From assembly GCF_006345805.1 (NCBI RefSeq), contig NW_021825056.1:1-16752 (forward strand): a stretch of 16,752 bases of DNA. Reading direction: 5' to 3'. A program made the position numbers and the translations under genes. The notes beneath the pieces were generated by a model. That model did not search any database. It was not told the origin of the DNA and worked only from the letters and a program-made list of their open reading frames with translations. This stretch comes from Octopus sinensis (Eukaryota). Positions within the stretch are counted from its first letter, which is position 1; the number at the start of each line of letters is the position of its first letter. Below are positions 8,563 through 16,752 of this stretch, piece after piece.

Positions 8563-8750
8563 TCAAATTTTCGCACAAGGTCAGCAAGCTTGTCCCTAGT
8601 GTTCAAGTGGTATTTATCTTATATCTTATCGACGCCGATAGGATGGAAGCTTAAGTTGGTTTCGCCGTAATTTGAAATCTGAGCGTAAAGATGGTTGATA
8701 TGTCGCTAAGTATTTCGTCCGGCATGCTAACGGTTGTGCCAGCTCGCTGC
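8563..8750 (-). mobile_element. Family A SINE, diverged
   Basis: Reverse complement of the family A head and body (GCAGCGAGCTGGCACAACCGTTAGCATGCCGGACGAAATACTTAGC...). Confidence 0.75.
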
Positions 8751-8769
8751 TTTCAGACGTTTCATAAAT

Positions 8770-8957
8770 ATTGGTTTCGAATTTTGGCGCAGGATCAGCA
8801 AGCTCGGTGGTGTTGGGGCAAATCGGTTACAGCGACCCCAGTGTTACGTATTTTAGCGATGCCGACAGGATGAAAGGTAAAGGTCGCCGGTTTCGCCGGA
8901 CTTTGAACTCAGGTCGCAAAGACGGATGAAATGCCGTTAAGCATTTTGTCCGGCATG
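8770..8957 (-). mobile_element. Family A SINE, diverged and 5'-truncated
   Basis: Plus strand GGATGAAAGGTAAAGGTCGCC..TTTGAACTCAG..GACGGATGAAATGCCGTTAAGCATTTTGTCCGGCATG matches the family A reverse complement. Confidence 0.7.
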
Positions 8958-9299
8958 AATGTGACATCAACCTCATGCTGATGAAATTATTTGAAGAATG
9001 TTTTCACGAACCCCTCCTTGTATTTGTACCAAGGTTGTTTCGGATTTGACAATCCTCAGTTCACCAGAATTATGGAGAAGAGTCTTCTCAGCTGCAAAGG
9101 AGACTGGCATATTCGTGTCTTTCTCAGAGTGTGCGTCATCTTCAAGAAGACCCCCTGAGATGGCGAGGCTGGTGTCATGTTTGTCATGGCACCTGAGATG
9201 GCAAGGTTGGTGATATGTTAGACATACTGTGTTGTCAACCGTACGTAAGACAGTAAATAATCTGAGTCCCTTGACATGGTGTAAAAGAAGCCTTAAATG

Positions 9300-9487
9300 T
9301 ATTTCTTTACTACCCACAAGGGGCTAAACACAGAGGGGACAAACAAGGACAGACAAACGGATCAAGTCGATTTACATCGACCCGAGCGCGTCACTGGTAC
9401 TTAAGTCGACCTCGGCGGAATTTGAACTCAGAACGTAACGGCAGACGAAATACGGCTATGCATTTCGCCTGGTGTGCTAACGTTTCT
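9300..9487 (-). mobile_element. Family A SINE, 5'-truncated with an internal deletion
   Basis: 13-bp TSD GAAGCCTTAAATG at 9287-9299 and 9488-9500. Confidence 0.9.
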
Positions 9488-9713
9488 GAAGCCTTAAATG
9501 GTAGCACTCTGAGTAACACTGGAGACAAATTCGACGCCTTCCTTGTAAGAATGGTTATTTACGGATGCAGAAATACATCGATACAGATTGTAAACACTGA
9601 AAGCTCGCTGACTTAACACTGCCTATACATTACATATTCTATATAGGTTATTTTTGTTCCCTATTTTCAAGTAAAATCTTTGATGTATAGCATTCTATTG
9701 TAAATACACAATG

Positions 9714-10425
9714 GTGAAGCCAAGTGGCTTAGTGGTTAGGATATTGTAGTTAGCTTCACACGTTTGTGAGTTCGATACCTGCCGATACATTGTGTCCGTG
9801 AGCAAGACAGTTTATTTCACGTTGCTCCAGTTCACTCAACTGGCTAAAACGAGGGGCACTTATATATCAAAGAGCCAGCCTTGCCACATTACGTGTCACG
9901 CTGGATCTCCTTGACAACTACACTAGCAGTATCGCCTGGCGTTGCTCGGGTTTGTTTCGACTCTTTAGAATTTGAACTATTGAAAAATAAAAATTTTGCA
10001 TTATATAGCTTGTTATTCTCTTGAAATGAACATTTTTCTGGTTGAAATACACCGAAAGATGGCGACACAGCAGTAAAAAAACCGTAAAAAAAATAGGGAT
10101 TTTCAGAGAAAAAAAGTACCTTTTTGATGTAAATAATTTTTGGTGTTAACATGGTCCGATTCGAATTTTATCTTCTACGGAAGGAAAAGCAAGCCTTCTT
10201 CTATCATACTCTCAATTTTGGTCAACTTGCGCCGCAGGGTCTCGGGGAAGATAGTATTAATTGAAAGCTACCAAACCTGCCACACAGAGACAACGTCAGC
10301 TTTATATATATAGATTAAGGGTACACGTGTCTGTGGACAGTTCACCCATTTGTACGTTAATTTCACGAGCAGGCTGTTCTGTTGATAGGATCAACTGGAA
10401 CCCTCGTCGTCATAACCGACGGAGT
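9714..10425 (+). mobile_element. tRNA/CORE-like SINE (family D head with body type 2), interrupted by a Helitron
   Basis: A box TGGCTTAGTGG, B box GAGTTCGATAC, CORE-like GTGTCCGTGAGCAAGACAG; the 3' body is homologous to the 8132-8519 copy and rejoins exactly when 9923-10314 is removed. Confidence 0.8.
9923..10314 (-). mobile_element. Non-autonomous Helitron (392 bp)
   Basis: Minus strand starts A|TCTATATATATAAAG and ends CCCGAGCAACGCCAGG (hairpin)-CGATACTG-CTAG|T; inserted between A and T with no TSD. Confidence 0.88.
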
Positions 10426-10883
10426 ATTAGATTTGTTTTTGTTTTATTATACAACGAGGCCATCATTTATGCCACCTTCACAATCATCCAATGCAAAATA
10501 CTACAAAACAATCATGGTTCAATGCAGAATGTCGTAAGCAGCAATGAAAAGCGCGACACACCTCCGTGCTTCTTACGAGTTAACAACACGAAACCCGCAA
10601 AACCTCGATTTACTTATTGTACACTGGTTCCAGGACATCAAAGCATTATTGGACGATATCGCATGGCGTAATTTGTTCGTGGATGTTTGAATAAATATGA
10701 TTTAACAATATTTGTTTCCCGTCGTCATTGTGGATTTAGTTGAAAAGCGTTGAAAGGTGGCATAACAATGTGACCACCCAAGCTGAATTCGTAAATAAGA
10801 AGTAGTGACTATCAAATAATGTTGGCCTTAAAAATATTTCCATGATTATTGTTATTTTTATTACTCTTTTTGATATTTTGTTC

Positions 10884-10971
10884 ATGATGATGATGATGAT
10901 GACGTTGTTTATGTGGTGGTGGTGGTGGTTGTTGTTGGTCTTCTTCTTCTTCTCTTCTTCTTCTTCTTCTT

Positions 10972-11003
<32 letters not shown>

Positions 11004-11232
11004 TGTGCTTGTTATTGTTCTTGTTCTTCGTTTTCTTCTTCTTCTTCTTCTTCTTCTTCTCCTTATTCTTCTTGCTCTTCTTGTTCTTCACCTCTACCTT
11101 CTACCCATCCTCCTACTCCTTTTCCATCCTCCTCCTCCTCCTCATCATCATCATCATCATCCACATTATTCTCATCACCATTATCATCATCATCATCATC
11201 ATCATCATCATTACTATTACTGCTGCTTGCTG
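10884..11232. repeat. Compound trinucleotide tract (GAT/GGT/GTT/CTT/CTA/CCT/CAT)
   Basis: Read directly; source of the poly-S/T/H/D ORFs. Confidence 0.95.
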
Positions 11233-11667
11233 GAAGAGATGTTGTGTTTCGGTTTATTGACACAGTCTTACATTTGTTACCGAACGTTCTGCATAAGATA
11301 CATACCTCAGGGCTAACAGCGATAACTGTGATCATAGAAACGGCAATAAAACCGTTTCACATGACTCGGATCGGAACGTTGGAGAATAACAGCTGAATAC
11401 ATTATGAAAGCAAGAAGTCAATCCGAAAGTTACATTCAGTCATTCGAATCCATGGGAATTTCTATTCTCTTTCCGTATTTGATTGCTGTAGCAACCCATG
11501 TGAACCGTACCTGATATTGCATTTTAAACACGGCAAACATACAAACGTAGCAACTTTTAAAATTCATCACATTCGTGTTATATCACAAGAACAAATAAGT
11601 TTACAATGCAATACGGCTAATGGTTCCCCAGAGAAACTTCCAAACATTTTCTCCTCTCGCAATCACA

Positions 11668-11729
11668 TTCCTCAAATCAAAGATATAATAGGAGATGCGT
11701 ACTGCTGAAGCGAACCCGAAACAACGCAG
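11668..11729 (+). repeat. 62-bp direct repeat, copy 1 (copy 2 at 13518-13579)
   Basis: TTCCTCAAATCAAAGATATAATAGGAGATGCGTACTRCTGAAGCGAACCCGAAACAACGCAG, 61/62 identical. Confidence 0.9.
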
Positions 11730-11775
11730 CTACAAAGCAAACCTCTACACCACACAACCATGCTTGAACCAAGAA

Positions 11776-12222
11776 GGCGGCGAGCTGGCAGAATCGTTAG
11801 CACGCCGGGCGAAATACTTAGCGGTATTTCGTCTGCCGTTACGTTCTGAGTTCAAATTCCGCCGAGGTCGACTTTGCCTTTCATCCTTTCGGGGTCGATT
11901 AAATAAGTACCAGTTACGCACTAGGGTCTATACAATCGATTTAATCAGTTTGTCTGTCCTTGTTTGTCCTCTCTGTGTTTAGCCCCTTGTGGGTAGCAAA
12001 GAAATAGGTATTTCGTCTGCCGTTACGTTCTGAGTTCAAATTCGGCCGAGGTCGACTTTGCCTTTCATCCTTTCGAGGTCGATTAAACAAGTACCAGTTA
12101 CGCACTGGGGGTTGATGTAATTTTCTTATTCTCTTTGTGAAACATTTATCGTTTATATTTTATTATTCTCTTTCCTTGTTTGTCCCCTCTATGTTTAGCC
12201 CCTTGTGGGTAATAAAGAAATA
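11776..12222 (+). mobile_element. Family A SINE tandem dimer (unit 2 starts at 12007)
   Basis: Junction AAAGAAATA|GGTATTTCGTCTGCCG, the same junction type as at 5274/5275. Confidence 0.9.
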
Positions 12223-12592
12223 AGAATGTAAGAATGGTAAATTTATCAAAACAGCAAACATATCGTTTGGGTTGTCAGATAAATTCCTTCGTTTTTGATT
12301 ATATTTTTCTTACATGGCGCTCCTTTGTCATATGGCTGAAAAAAAAAAAAGTATTTTTACGAATTTCTAAATCAATAAACAAATCTTGTAGCGGAACAAT
12401 AGCACTACAAAATCCTATAAAACACTGCGATAAAAATATTTTTCGTGCTAATTCGAATAAGATTGGAGAGGATTAAAAAGAATCAAATGAATATATCTGA
12501 CAATCCTGTATATCCACAATAATACAATATAAACGATAAGAGATTCACAAAGAGAATAAGAAAATTACCGACCGCTATAAATATTCAACAGC

Positions 12593-12966
12593 TAGTGGAG
12601 GCGCTATGGCCCAATGGTTAGGGCAGTGGACTCGCGGTCGGAGGATCGCGGTTTCGATTCCCAGACCGGGCGTTGTGTGTGTTTATTGAGCGAAAACACC
12701 TAAAGCTCCACGAGACTCCGGCAGGGGGTGGTAGCGACCCCTGTTGTACTCTTACGTCCCAACTTTCTCTCACTCTTTCTTCCTGCTTCTTGTACCCGAC
12801 TTCCTACGCAACCGCTGAGCCTGGATGCGTATTCATCCATCCGTCGATGCTCTCGGTGTCGGGGGTTGACCTGCTTTCTCTTCTGCGGGTATTACGAATA
12901 GCAAAGGACCAAGTTTCGGACTTCTCCCACTCTGGGACGAAGACCACTACGCTCAAAAGCAACAGC
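12593..12966 (+). mobile_element. Full-length SINE, family B head with body type 3
   Basis: 11-bp TSD TATTCAACAGC at 12582-12592 and 12967-12977; head shared with 496 and 8519; body unrelated to the other two. Confidence 0.88.
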
Positions 12967-13059
12967 TATTCAACAGCCAACAATAGTAAACAAGAGCGCA
13001 AGCAGAGCCGTAGCCACAGACACGGTTGTGTCGCTCAGACGCTCATTTGAACCCAAGAT

Positions 13060-13290
13060 TTTGTGTGTGCATTTGTGTTTGTGTTCGCCCTTTCTCTCTC
13101 ATCGCCCTCCCCTCACACCGCTTGATAATCGGTGTTGGTTTCGTTACGCTTCAGTAACTTAACGGTTCGGTGACAGACACGATTTTGATAAAACTTTTAA
13201 ATAAGTGCTGGAGTCGCATTTTTCGACTAAATCCTTTAAGGTGGCGTCACAGCATGGTCGGAGTCCAATGACTGAAGCGCGAAGGGGATA
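13060..13290 (+). mobile_element. Family C SINE 3' half, diverged
   Basis: (TG)n..CACACCGCTTGATAATCGGTGTTGG..AGTAACTTAACGGTTCGG..GGTGGCGTCACAGCATGGTCGGAGTCCAATGACTGAAGC. Confidence 0.7.
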
Positions 13291-13419
13291 TAAGATGAAA
13301 AAACCTTTTCATCAACAGGAATAAGAGAAGCTACAGATGCGAAACTCTTACCATTAACGGTAAAACGTTGATCAACAATGGCGAGCAGAACTGTTGCATC
13401 TAGACAAGTAATATGCGGA

Positions 13420-13486
13420 TTCCAAATTTTGGCACAAGGAGAGCATCTTCACGGGAGAGGGGTCAAGTGGATGACATCGACCCCTA
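13420..13486 (-). mobile_element. 3' fragment of a family A SINE
   Basis: Reverse complement GGGGTCGATGTCATCCACTTGACCCCTCTCCC..CCTTGTGCCAAAATTTGGAA, like the 3' ends at 8563 and 8770. Confidence 0.55.
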
Positions 13487-13517
13487 TTACTCTCACAAAT
13501 CACATTCGGGTGGGTGT

Positions 13518-13579
13518 TTCCTCAAATCAAAGATATAATAGGAGATGCGTACTACTGAAGCGAACCCGAAACAACGCAG
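13518..13579 (+). repeat. 62-bp direct repeat, copy 2
   Basis: See 11668-11729. Confidence 0.9.
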
Positions 13580-13607
13580 TTATTCTACTTATTCTATCGA
13601 CCACCTC

Positions 13608-13890
13608 CCCTTCCTCTTCTTCTTCTTCTTCTTCTTCTTCTTCTTCTTCTTCTTCTTCTTCTTCTTCTTCTTCTTCATCATCATCGCCATCATCAATATC
13701 TCCTCCTCCTCCTCCTTCTTCTCCTTCTTCTTCTTCTTCTCCTTTTTCTTCTTCTTCTTCTTTGGCTTCTTCCTGGCCTTCTTCCTCCTCCTCTCCTCCT
13801 CCTCCTCCTCCTCCTCCTCCTTCTTCTTCTTCTTCTTCTTCTGTCTCTTCTCTTCTTCTTCTTCTTCTTCTTCTTCTTCTTCTTCTTCTT
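13608..13890. repeat. (CTT)n/(CCT)n pyrimidine-rich microsatellite
   Basis: Read directly. Confidence 0.95.
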
Positions 13891-14194
13891 GAAGATGGTA
13901 AATCTGTTATTGATAAATGTTTTCTTGTTGATGCAGATATCTCTGTTTGTTCTTCCTGAAATTGCTTGCTGCCTGCAAAGAAATTCGGTTGAAATTGTCA
14001 GATCTTTTGAATCACCTACGAGAAAGGGCTACAGCTATTTATCTATCTATTTATTTACTTTATTTACTTTATTTACTTTATTTATTTATTTATTTATTTA
14101 TTTCAACACTTCAGGTATAGAGGGGGTAGTGAGGATGTTCGAGGGGCGAAACAGAAAGTGATGGAAGAAATATATATGTACTATTATGTACGCA

Positions 14195-14783
14195 TGTCAT
14201 TATTCAGTTTATTTCAAGACTTCTTGCCAACAGAGAAAGAACCGGTTTCTAACCTAGATCAAATGTTTCTTCATTGGAATTTCAACATCAACAACGGCAT
14301 TTTTGTATGTATGTATGTATGTATGTATGTATGTATGTATGTATGTATGGATGGATGGATGGATGGATGGATGGATGGGTGGATGGATGAATGAATGGAT
14401 GAATTTGTATGTTTTATGTATGCATTCTCATGCATATAGCTGCGTATCTAGACATGCTCATATATATTTAAATGATAAACTTCTGTAAAGTGTTACAGAT
14501 TTTTACAGTTCCAGTGATGGATTGGATCTTTGAATTAGTTTTCCCCATTCTGGTTTTCAGAAGCCTATTTTCTCAATATTGGTATTTAGGCAATGTGTTA
14601 CATATCCCAGCGCCCCAATAATTACGGGTATAAACCTGAACTTGTAATCTGGATAGAGTAACTGCAGATTTCTCAATAGTTCAGCATAGGTGTTCGCTTT
14701 TCACTGATCTTCAGCTTTATGTTAACATCCGCTGGGCAGCTAATTTCCACAACTGTGCACAGGCCCTCTTCTCTATCCCAAAT
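14195..14783 (-). mobile_element. 5'-truncated RLE-type (R2/R4/Dong-like) non-LTR retrotransposon; decayed endonuclease coding region 14468-14783 plus 3' UTR
   Basis: Two-frameshift translation [104 protein letters not shown] fits the restriction-like endonuclease C-terminus (D..VEIS.P..K..Y..IPVIIGALG); the 3' UTR holds (CATC)n(CATA)n. Confidence 0.85.
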
Positions 14784-14859
14784 GTATGTGTATATGTATG
14801 TATGTATGTCTATATATTCGTTTTGCAAGATTCATGATGTGAGTTGGTGCGTCGAAACA

Positions 14860-15072
14860 GATTTTGTTGTATGTATGTATGTATGTATGTATGTATGTAT
14901 GTATGTTTGGATGGATGGATGGATGGATTTGTATGTATTATGTATGTGTTCTCATGCATATAGTTGCATATCTAGTCATGCTCGTATATATTTAAATGAT
15001 AAACTTCTGGAAAGTGTTACAGATTTTTACAGTTCCAGTGATGGATTGGATCTGTAGTCTTCGAATTAGCTT
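14860..15072 (-). mobile_element. Second, shorter copy of the same RLE retrotransposon 3' end
   Basis: KLIRRLQIQSITGTVKICNTFQKFII* (15072-14992) plus 3' UTR; about 9 substitutions in about 125 bp relative to copy 1. Confidence 0.85.
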
Positions 15073-15170
15073 GGGGATGGTCATGTTGACAGTTTAGCCA
15101 ATGAAAACAAATGCGCTATAGCATTTTTGGTTTTCACTTGCTTCAGCTTATTTCATATTAATTGTATTTC

Positions 15171-15215
15171 GGCCAGAGTTGTTTCGTCACACTTCTGTGA
15201 CCTCATCAGTGGTCC
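15171..15215 (-). ncRNA. Type-I hammerhead ribozyme in a probable PLE pLTR (about 15073-15376)
   Basis: Minus strand: GGACCA-CTGATGA-G-GTCACA-GAAG-TGTGAC-GAAA-CAAC-TC-TGGCC; intact core, 6-bp helix II, helix I with one bulge, minimal helix III, CUC cleavage triplet (cut between 15176 and 15175). Confidence 0.75.
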
Positions 15216-15379
15216 TTTGCTTTCTTCTTTCTTTTGTGTGTCTCTCCTTCCTAACAATTTGCTATTTTGCATTTCTCTTGTATGTGTCTTTATTTCCGCA
15301 TGCGTATATCCCTGCGTGTGTCTATGTTTAGTGTGTGTGTGGGAATGTGTACGGTACCTGAATTATCAGTCTCCCCTAG

Positions 15380-15740
15380 CAAATAGCTAACTCCATCCAC
15401 CAGAGCATAAAGTTACGATAGACTACTCCACGAAACACCCTAACCAGTACTAGATACAGAACTCTGGCTTGAAACTGTGAATAATAAAACCCAAATCCTC
15501 CATTCACACTATGCCGAACCAATGGCCTCCAAATACCTGATCCACCGGAACGCCAAATTCAATATATTAATGGCAGACCTCATCAGAATAATAGAAATGC
15601 GTCCCGCATGTGCGACCCTACAGAGTTGAACTGACACATACAACACTTCGTTCACGGCATGCAGTTCACAGGATACAGCCATAGAGAAAGCAACAGAGTA
15701 TAGAAATGGTATTTGCCCATGAACGAAAATGTGAGAGAAG
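15380..15740 (+). pseudogene. Decayed Penelope-like element reverse transcriptase fragment (post-YxDD palm/thumb region)
   Basis: Frameshifted translation QIANSIHQSI/VTIDYSTKHPN/PVLDTELWLETVNNKTQILHSHYAEPMASKYLIHRNAKFNILMADLIRII/RNASRMCDPTELN*HIQHFVHGMQFTGYS matches PLE RT motifs (ANSIH..I..T.D; PVLD; HY.KPMAS; K.NIL; MQ.SGY). Confidence 0.8.
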
Positions 15741-15959
15741 ATATAAGATAACGGAATAAAGGGCGCGATAGACTCAGGTCCATAGTTCAGATCGTGTTAG
15801 AGGATTAGAAAAGAAGGAGCGATAAACAGAGAAAGGGGGTTGGTAATGCTGTATGTAAATTAGGGATGGATCGTAAAGGAAATGTATTTAGGAAATTGCT
15901 TCGTCAATCTAATGTAAATAGAGTCTATAAATAGTAAATAAGAATAAAGTTGATGAAAG

Positions 15960-16181
15960 AGGGAATGATTAGAGAGAGTGAGTTAGTTAGGGATTGTGAG
16001 GGAGGAGGAGGAGGAGGGGGATGTGGTGGTGGAAATCTTGTTTAGAGAGAATTAAGAAGGAGGGGGGTTGTCGGGGTTTAGAGAGAATGTCGGTAGGAGA
16101 AAGAGAAAAGCAGTGATGTGCAGAGCGAGTGATGCACTTATAGAGGGATGGTGGGAGATAGATAAATAGGTAGACAGAGAG

Positions 16182-16237
<56 letters not shown>

Positions 16238-16624
16238 TGAAAGACAGAGGGAGAAGCTGGAAGACAGAAAGTGACAGAAAATGAGATTGAGGAACTGAGA
16301 GGGAATATATTTGTGTGAATAAGAGGGAAAAGTTGGGGGGAGAGCATTTAGGAAGGAAGGTAAATGAAGCGTAGGGTGGTGGTGGGTTGGGTGGTGGTGG
16401 TGGTGGTGGTGGTGGTGGTGGTGGTGGTGTTGGAAAAGAGGAATCAAAGGTAAAGTGGAAATGAGAGATTAAGATGATAGTGGGGGTGGGGTGGCGGTAA
16501 TGAGTTGGATTTTATTTTCAAGGTCATGAAATCAATGGAAGAAAAGGAAATTGGAAGGTGACAGAGAAAGAGAGAGGAAAGGGGGAAAAGAAAAGCGGAG
16601 AGGGAGAGGGAGAGAGAGAGAGTG

Positions 16625-16659
<35 letters not shown>

Positions 16660-16752
16660 AAAAGGGGCCAAGAGGGGAGAGTTTCAATGAAAATCAGAAG
16701 ATAAAGTGTTCTATATAGGGAAACGAATGAAAGGAGAATGTAAGGTGGGGAA
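15960..16752. repeat. Purine-rich low-complexity region with (GA)n, (GGA)n and (GGT)n tracts
   Basis: Read directly; the minus-strand poly-H and SLSL ORFs are artefacts. Confidence 0.9.

Noticed and set aside
8978-8984. CTGATGA on the plus strand as a hammerhead core
   Set aside because: Followed by GAAC rather than GAAA, with no helix I or III.
9025-9060. Minus-strand CTGAGGA-TTGTCAAATCC-GAAA
   Set aside because: Helix II pairs only by using core bases, and no helix I partner follows a UH; a chance motif.
9240-9600. UvrD-like helicase motifs V/VI in a minus frame of the SINE-excised segment (HSYKEGVEF...FFYTMSRDSDYL)
   Set aside because: Weak resemblance, motif spacing too short, flanked by stops.
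12800-12960. HDV-like ribozyme in SINE body 3 (ACGAAT/AGCA and hairpin CTTCTCCC-ACTCT-GGGACGAAG)
   Set aside because: I could not build the nested double pseudoknot (P1, P1.1, P3 spacing fails).
14695-14716. Minus-strand CTGAAGA-TCAGT-GAAA
   Set aside because: Lies inside the RLE coding remnant, with no helix I or III.
15579-15586. Minus-strand CTGATGA inside the PLE RT fragment
   Set aside because: No GAAA or helices; explained by codons.
15760-15960. A second PLE RT fragment on the minus strand (TIHP*FTYSITNPLSLF)
   Set aside because: Only a vague match within low-complexity purine-rich DNA.
71-16671. Supplied six-frame ORFs as host protein-coding genes
   Set aside because: They overlap microsatellites (poly-F/I/S/H/Y), SINE bodies (for example the recurring MCVFIERKHLKLHE and SEFKFRRGRLCLSS peptides) or antisense TE remnants; none resembles a recognisable host protein.
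1-16752. CRISPR array, rRNA or prokaryotic operon features
   Set aside because: No regularly spaced repeat-spacer units, no rRNA-like sequence and no gene-dense structure; the sequence is eukaryotic repeat DNA.

Overview
Repeat-saturated, AT-rich eukaryotic non-coding DNA. The SINE repertoire and microsatellite density suggest a coleoid cephalopod such as Octopus (inference from recalled repeat families, not a database search). No intact host gene is supported; the supplied ORFs are microsatellite, SINE or antisense artefacts. Contents: about 20 tRNA-derived SINE copies or fragments in four working families (my labels A-D), a non-autonomous Helitron nested in a SINE, decayed 3' fragments of a CR1/L2-like LINE and an RLE-type (R2/R4/Dong-like) retrotransposon, and a decayed Penelope-like (PLE) reverse-transcriptase fragment. 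The main hidden signal is a set of minimal type-I hammerhead ribozymes (HHRs). A near-perfect 422-bp palindrome (6740-7161) carries an intact HHR in each arm. An older fold-back (4334-4553) has its centre in an HHR core. An intact HHR at 15171-15215 lies head-to-head with the PLE RT remnant, and further decayed copies occur. Most sit inside the internal (TA)n microsatellite of one SINE family, suggesting ORF-less, ribozyme-bearing fold-back mini-PLEs that use SINE microsatellites as landing pads.
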